Below are positions 14,053-27,100 of a stretch of DNA of 64,000 bases, in pieces. Source of the stretch: the human T2T-CHM13v2.0 reference genome, Homo sapiens; assembly GCF_009914755.1 (NCBI RefSeq), contig NC_060926.1. One strand, given 5' to 3'. Position numbers and translations under genes: made by a program. The notes beneath the pieces were generated by a model that saw nothing but the letters and a program-made list of their open reading frames with translations, did no database searches and was not told where the DNA came from. Position 1 is the stretch's first letter. Every line of letters begins with the position of its first letter.

Positions 14053-14707
14053 CAGTGCTGTCCAATATAAATAAAATATGAGCCACATGTATAATTTAAA
14101 TTTTCTAGTAATCAAATTGAAAAAGAAAGGGAATAGAAAATATTAATTTTAATAATATACTTTATTTAACCCAATGTTTCCAAAATAACATTATTTCAAC
14201 ATGAAACCAACATAAAAATGTGAGTGAGTTTTTTTTTTTTTTTGGTACAATGTCTTCCATATTTCTGATGTGTTTTACACTCATAGCATATCTCAGTTCT
14301 GATGCTAAATGTTCATGGACTATATGTGAGCTCATAATATTTATCTTTGAAAAAGTAGATTCACATGCCCAATTGTTTCCAACGTACTTTAAAAATACCT
14401 GATAACTGAATCAATTACCAAAAGAATATTTTTTTCTTTAATATTTGCATCCACATTGACACAAAGAATGTATCTTTTTTAAAGAGTTGATTTGACTTTG
14501 AAGCAAATGTGCATCAGTTTCAAAATTAAGACTGCTGAAATTAGTGAAATTCATTAGCTCTTTTGTCAACTCAGTATTATTAAAATGGAATGCAAAGGGT
14601 TAGTGCACAAATTGAAAAGCAGCCCTACATTTATCAATGTCAAAAAGTGTTCACCAAGTTCTTCTCATAGTTTTTGTAATCAACTTATTTAATACTATTG
14701 ATTACAA

Positions 14708-14947
14708 TTAAAATCTTCTCCATATTGGTTCGTGTTGGAAAAATACATAAAAATTCTTATTGATTTGTATTATGAAAACTTTTAATTTTAGCATAAATTT
14801 GCATATATGTGTACCTAAGTCACAAATACACTTTTGCTTTCCATAGAGCTTCAAAGTCAGTTTATTCAGATGCAGTGTAACATCAGTGAGAAAATGTACA
14901 TTGCATTGCCATTTGTTGCCTTTAATTACTGGATATTTGGCAAGCAT
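14708..14947 (-). pseudogene. hAT/Charlie transposase fragment
   Basis: WQCNVHFLTDVTLHLNKLTLKLYGK resembles the Charlie/ZBED5/GTF2IRD2-type motif W..LAFLTDIT.HLN.LNL.LQGK. Confidence 0.8.
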
Positions 14948-15647
14948 TCTTTTTGTTTTGAGAAGTTTACAGTTTATTGGATTTGGAGATTATAGTTCAG
15001 GAAATTTCTGTACAACTCTTCCATTACTCATCCGATATAAGATTATTAATTTTATTGTTTTTTAGTTCTTTCAAATATTCTATAACCTGGTGACAATTCG
15101 TAGCTTTTGCACATATACACTGCATAGTTTTAACAACTATATCAATGATGATTTTCCTAGAGTTTGCTTCAGAAAACTGAACACGAATATTTCAAGTATG
15201 TATCAGATAGTGGGACAAATCAATAAGGGAAACATCAGTGTCTTGTTTTACAATTCCAGTAACTTAACAGTAGTATTAAGTCAAACTTGGATTAGTGATG
15301 GAAACAAATTTTTCATATTTAGGTGAAAATGTTTTTTGAGAGTTACAAAACATTTTAAAAGTCTATGTGATGAGTCTGATTTTTTAGGTTGCAAATTGAC
15401 ATTTGTTTATACATTTGGAAGTCAAAATGAGACAAAATATACCAACGTATTAATTGGGCTGTGTCTCTTAATATTGTGTGATTCATATAAAGCTAAATAA
15501 AAGTACTCGCAATTTTTCAAATTTGAATCTATTTTTGATAGTGTTAGAAAGGTCTAGTATTCTATTGATACTTGTTTTATTGCTTAATTGATGATCTTTT
15601 ACTATTTCTAAAACATGTTTTCTATATTTTTCTCATAATTTTAAAAT

Positions 15648-15790
15648 TCTTTATTTAATTAAAAATTTTTATTTTAGAGATGGAGTCTTACTCTGTTCCC
15701 ATGCTGGTCTCAAACTCCTGGGCTCAAGTGATGCTCCAGCATCAGCCTCCAGAGTAGCTGGGACTGCAGGTGAGCACCACCATGCCTGGC
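15648..15790 (-). mobile_element. FLAM Alu monomer inside Charlie5
   Basis: single Alu arm ctcaaactcctgggctcaagtgat...gagtagctgggact; TSD ttctcataatttt on both sides. Confidence 0.8.
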
Positions 15791-16622
15791 TTCTCATAAT
15801 TTTTAAATAAACTTTTTATAACTGGAATAGTAATTTTTTTTACCATCTCTACATTCAGAAATCATTTTCTATTTTGTGTAGGAATCTAAGATATTTTATA
15901 GCTGACCAAAGTTATACTCTCAGATCTCATTAAGACTCTTACAAAATTATTGTTGGATATTTAATTCTAATTCAGGTAACTAAATCTATTGATTGCCTTT
16001 TTTACTCTTGGGAGAAACCTTATCAAATTCATTATATATTGGCTGAAAATGTCTCAGCATTTTTTACTTTGTTATCTCGAAAAACTTGTTACACAACAAA
16101 CCACATTTTTTTTTTTTTTTTGGTTTGCTTGGCTGCAACAAATTGCAGTCACCATGCATCATAAAACATGTGACATACTTTCTTCCAGGCTTTTTTTTTT
16201 TCTTTACCTTTCCAGTTGTAGTAGCAGCTTTTGCATTTTCTTTCAAATCTGCATCAATAATATGCCTTCATTTTCATGTTAAAAAATTACCCATATTCAT
16301 TTCTTTAATCTGGAAAAATGGTTTAGTTACATTATAATAAAAACAATAATAAACATTTTAATTTAATTATCAATTACATTTTATATTGGTATTATTGGGA
16401 TATTTACTGATTACAAAAAATATTTTTAAAAACGCAATATTACGCTTATACCTGGAAAAAAATTGTAGTGAATTTGTTGACATCTGCTCAATTGGTGATG
16501 TGTTTATGTATAATACTAGAAATAATGCATGCCCCTCATAAGTGCTTTATATATAGTAATATTATTCCATGAAATGGTTAACATGCCATGTAATCTTACA
16601 CAAAAGGTGAAGTTATGTGTAA

Positions 16623-16943
<321 letters not shown>

Positions 16944-17074
16944 GGTTTCAGTCTTTAAATTTAACTTCACTAAAATTAGTTCAAATTAAATATTCAGTTT
17001 CTCAGTTGCACTAGTCACATTTTATATGCTCAACAGCCACGTGAGGTTAGGGGCTACCATAATGGATGACACAG

Positions 17075-18810
17075 ATCTAAGACTTCTGGACATCTTGCAG
17101 AACATCACATTTATCCATTACATCAATGACATCATGTTGACCGGGCTGGAAGAAGAAGAGGTAGGTGGCATACTGAAAGCTATGGTAAGACTCATGGGGA
17201 GCAGAAGAGGAATTCTGCAAATATTCAGGAACCTATTATATTCATAAAATTTTTAGGAACCCAGTGGTCAGAAGCATGACACAACATCCCTCTGAAAGGA
17301 AAAGAGAAATTGTTGCATCCTGCACCTTCTGTCTTGAAGAAGGGAGCACAACAGTGCTGGTAGGACTTTTCAGTTCCATTGGTAGTGTATTCTACACATC
17401 ATAGAGATATTGCTTTGGCCCATACATAAGTAACACAAAAGCCTGCTAGCTTTAAGAAGGCCCAGAACAGGCAAAGTTTCTGCAGTCCTACCACTTCAGC
17501 CATATGATCCAGTAGACTCTGTGGTGTTGGAGGCATCGGTGGTGGCAAGAGATGCCACCTAGGGGTTGTGACAAGCTCTAGTGATGGAATCCCAAAGCAG
17601 GCCCATGAGGTTCTAGAGTAAAGGCATGCTACCTGCAATGGAGAATCATGGTTTTTTGTTTGTGTGTTTTTTGGTTTTGGTTTAAAAAAGAACAAAAATC
17701 AGCTCCTAGTATACTGCTGAGCCCTGATAGTGACAGAATGCCTGACAATGGGGCAACAGGTGACCATGTGGCTGAAACTCTCCGTCATCAGCTGAGTCCT
17801 GTCAGACTTTCCAAGTCGTAGGTTGGGTAGACCCACAACAATCCATTGCAAGATGGAAGTGGTGCATCCCGGGTTGGGCATGAACAGGACCAGAGGACAC
17901 AAGCAAGTACCTGAGCAGGTAGCCCAGATCCCTGTGGCATCCACTACTATTGCATTAGTGATTATCCCTTGGCTCATGCCTAGGACTGTGTGTGGGATCT
18001 CATGCAAGCAGTTGAGGAAAGAGGAAAAAGGCTGATCTTGCTGACCAATGGGTCAACCTGTTACATGGGTAAAAACCAAAAATGGACAGCCACCTTATTA
18101 CAGCCTGGAGGTATCCTTGAAAAACAGCAGTGGGAGAAAATTCTCTTAATTGTAAGAGCTTTGGATAATACACTTGGCCATCTATTTTGTATGAAAAAAG
18201 AAAAGGTTTAATACATATGGCCTCACAGGCAGCAGCAGATAGAAACAGACTGGAAGATCAATAACGAAGTCTGGGTTGATAACATGTGCATGGACAAATG
18301 CGAATTGTCATGAAGTGTGAAGATTTTTATAGCACATGTTGTACCCACCAGAGATCACCAAAAGAAGAGGCACTAAAAAACCAAATAGGCAAAATGACTC
18401 AGCTGGATGATGGCAGCCAGCCTCTGTCATCAGTTACTTCAGTGCTGGCTTGAGGGATACATGAACAGAATGGCCATTATGGCAGAGGTGAATGCTACAC
18501 CTGGGTTCAGCAACACGGATTCTGAGTTACCAAGGCTAATCTATTTACTCCCACCACCAATGTCCAGCCTGCCAGCAACAGAGGCCAGTGCTGAACACTC
18601 AAATTGCACCATTCCTTGAAAATATAAAGTGGCCACTGGTGGCAAGATGATAACACTGGACCCCTCTCATCCTGCGAGGTGAGCAGTTTCCTTTCACAGG
18701 AATAAACACATAGAACTTGTGTGGGTATAAGATTTTCCCGCCTACAGGGCCCAGCCAGCACCACTAGCAAAGAGTTTATGTAGTGTTGCATTCAACAACA
18801 TTGGATCCAA
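17075..18810 (+). mobile_element. ERVL-class provirus interior, pol (RT/RNase H/integrase) remnant, 3' part
   Basis: QNITFIHYINDIMLTG corresponds to ERVL RT HYIDDIML (YIDD decayed to YIND); resumes where 14052 stops. Confidence 0.85.
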
Positions 18811-19037
18811 CTGGAAAGGGAAAGAGGGAGGGTGGGATGGGGTTGGGGGTAGGGGAGAGAGAGAGCAAGAGAGCTGCATTCCCAGAATGAAAGGAGTTCA
18901 CATGCCTAGAGAGGTATCAGTAAAGGGGAGTGGGAGACAGAAAGTTGGAAGGTTTTTCAAGGGGTGGATCATGGAAAGGCCTTGTAGGCCATGCTAACAA
19001 GTTTGAGCCATATGGATATAGGTAACCAATGAAGGAC

Positions 19038-19334
19038 TTTTTTTTTTCTTTTTGAGACAGAGTGTCAGTCTGTGGCCCAGGCTGGAGTGCGGTGGTGCAG
19101 TCTTGGCTCACTGAAACCCCTGCCACCTGGATTCAAGAGATTCTCATGCCTTAGCCACTCACGTAGCTGGGATTGCCAGCATGCCCCACCATGCCTGGCT
19201 AATTTTTGTATTTTTAGTAGAGATGGGTTTCGCCATGTTGGCCTAGCTGGTCCTTGAACTTCTGGCCTCCAGAGATCCTCCTACTTTGGCCTCCCAAAGT
19301 GCTGGGATTACAGGCGTGAGCCACCGTGCCAGAT
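19038..19334 (-). mobile_element. AluS
   Basis: full dimer with T-tail; TSD ccaatgaaggact / ccactgaaggatt. Confidence 0.9.
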
Positions 19335-22149
19335 CCCACTGAAGGATTTTAGAAAGGTGGGTGGCATGATTGGATTCGCCATGAACTCCTTATTATCTCG
19401 GACTTTATTTCTTACCTTATTTGTTGAGAAGAAGAGGGATGTGAAATTTGGAACTAAATTAAAATCCATGTGAGCCAGGCCTCTGTCCTATTTATCTCAG
19501 AAGAATGCCCTCTCATTTTTATAATGAGACAATCGCCAAGATTATACTTTTTTTAAAGTGGCAAAAACATACAAAAGGAGTAAAGGGGATCTTTGCCTGC
19601 TCATATTTGTGAAAACCAAGAACAGAATATAGAAATGCCCAAAGAGCATGTTTGAATACATCTCTTTGTAAAACATGACAGAAAGGAGTGATTATTTAAA
19701 TTGGACAGGACTTTGCATTCCTGGCTCCTTGGTGGCAGTGCCTTTTGTCTGAACTCTTTTACTAGAAAAATGTCACAAAGGATAAAAAATGAGTCCAATA
19801 AGTTTTATTCAATTTTAGAGTCTATTATATATTCTGTTTTACACAAAGCATATAATTTTAAATTTCATAGATAGGCACACTGAACATACACTTGGTAGAT
19901 ATACAGCTATTTGTACGAGTGAAATTGAAACCCTCCAGGGAGGGTACATTAATAATTCCTTACTTGTAAGACAGAACAGCCATCTCATATTCCAAACAAA
20001 GCCCGGCCAGCACAGAAGTGATTCATGGTCATTTATGAAAACTGATTACCAATCACCAGATCGTAAAGCCATGGCAACATTTATTTTTCAATCTCATAAA
20101 CAATAAAGCTCCTTTTTGTTAAACACATGAGGGACCTCTTTCCCATGGAGGAGTTAGTAAATGCAAAAGCTAATTTTCCACATCTGACAGCATTCATGAA
20201 AGCTGATGAATACATGTATGATAAACACATATTTCAGTAGAAAGAAAAATTAATGTGTATATACCTACATAGCGTTTTCTTTCACTGGGGTGTTGATCTG
20301 AGAGTAGCGGTCAGGGGAACCTGAATCTTTTATTTTAGTGCCTCAAAGGCAAACATTTTCCTAATTGGACAGTTTAAAATATTCAGTTCATTAATCCTAG
20401 ATAAAAGCCATATTCATATTTAGCTTAAATGGTTCTTTTCAACAAGATATATTAAAATTGTAGTTTCTTTATTTAATAATGAGAAACAAGAGATCACAAT
20501 AATGTCTGATTTGTAGCTTATTCTCGATACTTGGTAAAGACATTAGACAAACCATTTATGAATTTTCTGTCAACAAAGTGTCCTAAGGTACCACCAGGAA
20601 GAACCAGCATGGTTTTGTGACCCACAGGTCCTGCTGGGGCTGCTTTTTCCTATTCCAGTGGTTGAAAGCCAGGCCAAGTGGACACAAAAAGTAGCAAGGT
20701 CATTCTCTGCTTGGCCTTCACTTGTTGTGTCAATGTCTGTTATGTGTCCCAGGGAGACAGTAACTTCTCCAAGGTCAGCCTGAAAGCCTGGAAGTCTTCT
20801 CCCCCATCCTGTAGCCAAAAGTGGTGGTGAAGGGATATGAAATCCAACACTGAGTGAAGGGGTAGGAAGAGGGTGGGGGGATGGAGGAACACAGGCAAAT
20901 CAATTTCCCATGATGTGCATAATTGGTCTTACACTTGGAAGTGCTTCTGAAAACATTTTCATTCAGAGTGAGCTGAAGAAGTTTAAGAAATAAGCAGTCC
21001 TAAATCAGATGATAGGTTGGGCCATTTTCAAGGGTCATGTGGCCAGAGCTGAGCAAGTTGAAATTTTGCTGGCAGAAGTCCATTGGTATTTTTGGACCCC
21101 TGTAGGAAGAATAGGTAAATGTAGATTTTAGGCAATGTGGCTTCTCCTGATGTAACTCTTGAGTTTGACTTTGAAGCACTGGGCCCGGACTTAGTCTTTC
21201 CAGAGCCTTAGGACCCCCATGTCTAGGTATTCATTAGAAGAGGCGAATCCATGTCCAGTCTTTGGCTCCTGCCTTGTTACATCTCTTCCTTGTCCTTTGG
21301 CCAAGCTCTGCTCCAGGCTTGAGCCTTTTTTATTTCTATAACACAGTTTGATTCACTGTTGTTGAAAATCTTGACTGGTGGCATCATTAACAATACATTC
21401 ATTACCTCAGTCAAAAATGGCCAGCGTTCTGCCTTCTTATCTGCTTCCTTGAGCATTTTATTGCCAAACCATGAAAAGAAGTGGAGTTGTGGGGGCAAAA
21501 GTAGTTCAAAACTTCCAGTCCAGTTCTGGCCGCAAGAACAATCTTTAATTCTTGTTTTGCACCAAATATACTATCCCTTCTGGGTCTGTTCTAAGCTGTG
21601 TAAGCAGATAATTTCCAGTTTTTCAATGGCATTTTTAATAGTTACCTTCTGGAATTCAGCTTTCAAGGGATTTCCTGATAAGAGCTATGTAATCAGGATG
21701 GAATCTCTTATTAAAAGGATTTTCCTTTTCCAAATCTTGAAAAAAGTCTGTTTCTCTCTTCTCAAATTATCAGGCAATCTATCAATAATTGAAGGTGAGA
21801 TTGAAACTATGACCTTGGCAGGTAGTGCAGAAGATTTGCTGAAGTTGTTTAATAGTGTGAGCTATTTTTTAGATTACGGAGTGTTTTTAAACTATATTAA
21901 AAGTAAACTTCTTTTCACACTCTTCAGGGGCCTGGGAACAGGTTCATTTGTTCAACAAACATGTCACTTATTCAACAATCAGTACTATGAAAGTAGAGGA
22001 AAAGAGTGAATTGAGGAAGTTTCCAGTTGCCCTTCACACTGACTCTCCTTGGCACGTTGCTGCTGATGGGTCCATCCTTGGCCTACTTACCATGGTGTCG
22101 CACAGTTATGAGGACAGTTCTAAGTCTGTCTCTGGATAAATGATGTACC

Positions 22150-22305
22150 AGGCCCTAGTGCATACAGACCTTCACCTGAATCACAGGGGGTATGTTAAAA
22201 TGGCTGCAAGCCAGATACACAGTCAGTATCTAAATGGAAGGACTGGAAATCTGTGTTTCCACAAGCTCCCCAGGTGATTCTCAGGCTAACTAAAGTCTGA
22301 GAATT
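22150..22305. mobile_element. MER5-type hAT MITE
   Basis: aatctgtgtttccacaagctccccaggtgattct...aagtctgagaa. Confidence 0.6.
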
Positions 22306-22344
22306 AAAGCATCAGAAATTGTGCCTAGAAGCCTGCCTTTGTAA

Positions 22345-22540
22345 GTTAATAGAATGATCTTGGATGATCTATTTAACCCCTCAGTACCTCAGTTTCCTCA
22401 TCTGTAAAATGGCAGATAATAACAGTGTCTACCTCATGGGAATAGTTTTAAGGATTATGTAGTTATTAATTAAAAGATGTTAAATGCTTAGACCAGTGCT
22501 TAGAGGTGCTATGTAACTGTTTTCAATTATTATCACCATT
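22345..22540 (+). mobile_element. MIR SINE
   Basis: core cctcagtttcctcatctgtaaaatgg...aataacagtgtctacctcatggg. Confidence 0.85.
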
Positions 22541-23019
22541 AGTTCTAGGATTGCTTATAGCTGGACACTCAGCCTGTACGGCTTTCCCTATGAACCTTCA
22601 GCTGTGCCCAGTTTCAGGGCTCAGCAGGGTGTCTGAAGGCAAGGTCTCTTGTCTTGTGCTTAATTGGGAGAGGATGAGCAGGGGGCATATTGTGAAGCAA
22701 GGGGGCTCAGAGAGCTCTGGGCAGTAGACGTGGTGATTGAGGCCAACTTTCGTTTAAGTCTCAATACTGCCCCCTCGTGGCAGTATAAACTAAGGCCGGA
22801 GCCTATTTCCGTTACCTGTTAGACGGAAGTGAAAAAATTAATGGCTACTCCCTTTCATCTCTTCAATTTTGCCTTTTTTTTAACGAATCGTTAAAATAGG
22901 GACATTTCCTGTTAACTTGACTTTGGTATTGTGTTCTCTGACCCAAAATTGGGAAACCACGCTGAAGGGTGATTCCACAATGAGCTGGTCAATCTTGGCT
23001 ATCACCTTCCTCCAAGTTA

Positions 23020-24075
23020 TATTGTGGGAGGCTAAGTAAAGAATTAGGAGAGAATGGAGAGGCGGAGAGTTCTTTGGAGATAGAGTGTTAGTGTGCAGAA
23101 CGTTCCCTCCTGTCCTGTCTTCTGCCCCTTCCTCCTCTCAAAGCTGAGTGGGAAGGGGCTTCACACAAAGATCAGGAAAGCTTGACGTATGGCTAGTGAA
23201 CTTTAGGAGGGAGAGGTACTGGGATGTGGCTCAACCAGAGAAAATCCCAGGTGAGCAGCTGGCTGGAGTTCCTTGCGGTGGCAGAGCAGGGACAGGGCTA
23301 CCATAGAGTGAGCTGCCCTCCCACCACAGTGGGGCAAAGGTGCTTGTTTTCTGTGGGCCAGATGTAGAGTCTGATGGACAGAGGAGGCCGTGGGCCATCT
23401 TGCAAAAGAACCTTGGCCATGAGGCGTCCTGCTTAGGGGTGAGGTGGGCTCTGCAGAAGGACTGCACTATTAGCTGTAGAAGCCATGGAGCATCCTGCGG
23501 GGTTAGCTAGAGATTGTACTAGGGAACTGCAGTCAGAGAATGGGGGGTGGAGGAGAATTTCTAAATACCCACAAAAGCAACCTGGGAGAGAAAGGATCAA
23601 GTCCAACATATGGACAATTACTACACTCAAGGTACCAACACTAGATTACAACTCTGCCTGACAAGAGAGGCCTTTTCTTTCCTTCCTTATCTCTTTTCCC
23701 TTCCCTTCACCTGACTATGGAGAAGGCAGAAATGGTCAGTGAGGGAGGAGGTGAAGCAAACCAAATCTGAAATTGTCCACACCCCTCCAACTCTGCTGAT
23801 GTAGGATGTAGATTTCTGAGCCTGGGACAAACCAAAGCTTGGCAACAGGAGAGACTTTATATTGAATGAGGGTTTGAAAGTTTAATATTAAACTTGACTG
23901 GGGCTTTCCAAATCATGAAGTAACTGAAAATGCTGTAGGAACTGTCCAGGATTTTATCTGACAGGGAAGACTGATTCTACGGAGTAGGTGTAAAGGGTCA
24001 GCAGTGAGATAGAAGAAAGTTACCTTTGGCTTGCACACTGCCAAGTCCAGCTGGTTCACTAAACTAGGTAGCCTT
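23020..24075 (+). mobile_element. old LTR (LTR78-like)
   Basis: about 1 kb; 3' part resembles recalled LTR78 (gtaggaactgtccagg...aaagttacctttggcttgcacactgccaagtccagctggttcactaaact). Confidence 0.45.
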
Positions 24076-24525
24076 GTAATATAAGATTCAAAGGCGCTAA
24101 TGTGTGGGAAAGTACTTTGAATATTATAAGGTGATGTACATACTTTGAAATTAAAAATATTTTTATATATAGGTGTAGCTAAAAAAATAAGACAGAAGAG
24201 ACCTATTAAGCACCTACTCAGTGCAAAGTTGACCTTGCTTTCAGTGTTTAGAGGATGCAGGAAAAAAATACGACATTGTTCCTGCCTGTGGGGAGCTTAT
24301 TGTCTCTAAAGAGCGACAGTTGCAAGCCCCACCATTTCCTTATCCTCTTTTCTGCCAGGTCAAATGAAGTCAGACAGCAAAGGTGATTGAATTTTCAATC
24401 TTGAAAATACATCATGGAACCTGATTTTCCAAAGAAGTGATTCAAACTGAACAGCAAGGAAGCTTAACTTATTGCTGCCTGTCTCAGAACTCAAGCTCAC
24501 ACTTCTCTTTTCTTCAAATACTCGC

Positions 24526-24633
24526 CTGTTTCTAACAATCTGCCCACTGCTCTGGGTCCCGATGCCTCGACGCTGCATCTTGCTGCCCCGGTACTCTCTT
24601 TAACCTCAGGAGAAGAATCCCCACCTCGTGTCA
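24526..24633 (-). other. candidate 108-nt exon with GC donor
   Basis: minus-strand acceptor ttccttcttctctgttccacattctag| and donor aaacag|gcgagt; locally CpG-rich; open in phase 1. Confidence 0.35.
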
Positions 24634-24693
24634 CTAGAATGTGGAACAGAGAAGAAGGAAGAGCTGACATAGTACAGACCAAGAAGATTTTAA

Positions 24694-24722
24694 AAACAAA
24701 CAAACAAACAAACAAACAAAAC
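24694..24722. repeat. (AAAC)n microsatellite
   Basis: seen directly. Confidence 0.9.
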
Positions 24723-26938
24723 CACATCCAGTTCCATCAGCCACACCTGGCAGTAAAGCCCTCAGTGGCCAACTCAGCAGTCCCACTTTGATTCTTCTTA
24801 GACGGCAGCATCTTCTTAGATAATGCTGTGCCTGATGCACAGTAGAAGCTTAATAAATACTATGACAAATTAATGTCTTTACTGATTATATATAGTTTTC
24901 TGGGTGAGAGCAATGAAGATAATCCTATGTCTTCCTTAATCCAGGCAACAGACAGCTTTCTGTTTAAAATTTGTGTTCTGGATAATCAGGGTATACAGAA
25001 TGCTGATGTATTACCATAGTATCAAACTACAATAAGGCAATGTTAATCTAGCAATATATATAATGAGAATATTGGCTACAACAGAAAAACAGGGGCTTGT
25101 CTGGTCTGTATCTCTCAAGTGTGAGGAAGCAGTTTAGTCAAACAAGTTGAAAAATAAAACAAAATTTAAAAAGGATAAAAAAAAACCCTGGTTCTTTGTT
25201 TTCCAGGGGAGACCATCTCTATACTGAACTAAATTTAACTTCCCTATTGTGTATGATCGCCCTCCAATATGGGGCTACTCTGCCCAGAGGGACGACTTTG
25301 CCCGTGATGAGGATTAATCCCACTCTTGACCCACACAGATGGTTTTAGTGACTGTATCTTTTGTGCAGCTCCATTTCTTCTCAAAATGTGCAGATGAGAT
25401 GTTTCTTCCAGCCTCTGGATATTGAGGTGCCTGGGATACCTGAGTGAGGGAAGAAAGGAGCACCAAGAAGTGGCAGCTGAAGCCAGATTGCACAAGAGAG
25501 AAAGGAAGACCATCCAAGGCAGACAGAAAAACTCAAGAGAGCAGCCGTCTGGGGCTATTTATCACATGAACAAAGTCAGAAGCCTTTCAGTCTTCCTCCT
25601 GTATTACATCAGGGTTCATTTTTAAAAGATACGCAACTTGGTGATCACAAGTTATTAAAAAAAAGTAGAAGAGATGGAAGTGTGGGTGTCATGCGTTGTG
25701 AAAAATTGTCCATTTAAAATGGATACAAAATGGAAGCCCAATTTTATTTAATGACAGTAAACTTATCTAGAATGCTGCATTCCCATAGCCTATCAGCTGA
25801 GAATTAGTTGATTGAACACCTTCTGCTTGTCTTTGTCAGGCCCATAGCTACATGAAGACTGGTCTCTGTCCTCAAGTTGCTTACAGTTTGCAGGTGCTAC
25901 ACCAATGGGTATCATTTGTATCTCACATAGGGTGAGTATTGATGGTTGCTCTGCCAAGCCTTTTAGTGACTCTTACCTTGCTCTTCACGCAAAGAATATA
26001 TCATATACTGCTGTGCCACCCAGGGCCATTCTCTCACAAATTAGAGCTCCTTGATCCTGATCCTCAGAGTTGTAGAATGAATTCCACCCTAGGATCCAGA
26101 AAGGAGTTTTGGGGAGGGTTTTGGAAATGGTGCGAGAATAACCCGCAACCTAGGGAAGCAGGCTGCATCACAAAGCATGAATAACCAGGCCCCACAGTGG
26201 TTCGTGGAGCTCCAAGCAGAATCTATCTGCCCAGAGGCAGCATGTGGTTGGAGGGGAAAGAGCCTACCTGGTAGGAGATGACCTAGCTGTCAGTCATCCT
26301 TTTAAAGCTACAGGCCTTGGGGGAAATATTTTTCTTTTGGAACCTCAGTTTTATCATCTGAAAACCAAGAGGTCTGACCTCACACCCTCTGTAAAATTCT
26401 TCCTGAGTTGACTTTCTGATTAAACCATTTCCTCTTGCTATGTGCTATTGTCGTCCACAGCTGGATCTGTTTCACTGACATTTGGATTAAGCCCAGTGAG
26501 GCAGTAAATACACAGCGCAAAGTTCTTTATATGATAATAGGGTGGACCCTGGCTGGCTGAAGGCCCTGTGCACCCAGGCACAATGGCCCCAGAATTCTGC
26601 ATCTGACTCAGTGCTCCCCACATTATGTGCAATAGACTTTGGTGAGGATCAAAGAGAGGCATTGAGGAACCATGTCCACCCTCACATATCCTTGATCTTG
26701 AATGTAACCTTCACACTGCTGGTTTGTTGATTGGCCTATTTTGGAAGACTTCTTAGCCAAGGTCCAGTTGCCAGAATGGCCAAGTCTTCATATCTGAATT
26801 AGCATTTGTATTCTCCCATAGGTCACATGCTACCTGATTTGAGAAATTAGGACACATTAAAGATTGTATTAATTCCCAGTCATTCCTTCAAAACAAAAAA
26901 AAATGACTGAACAAATAGTCATAAGTTTATTTAATTTC

Positions 26939-27100
26939 TATTTGCTCAGGCTAGACATCTTAGGACACCCTTAAGCCTCTTCTTACCTTGGGACTAATAT
27001 GTAATCAGTAATGAAGCCTTTTGATGCTTCTCCATGCTGCTGTTCCTCTCTGGGTCTATCTCTACAACCCTAATTTAGGACCATCTCACAGTCTATCTTG
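26939..27100 (+). repeat. donor of the inverted local copy at 29010-29158 (within an L2-like remnant)
   Basis: hand alignment 126/142 identical to the reverse complement of 29010-29151. Confidence 0.95.

Noticed and set aside
21359-22009. 216-aa ORF, the longest non-L1 ORF
   Set aside because: Non-ATG start, F/L/S/I-rich composition typical of AT-rich non-coding DNA, no recognisable domain or convincing splice sites; a faint antisense KILLIRDSIL (GDS-like) similarity is too weak without an HMM search.
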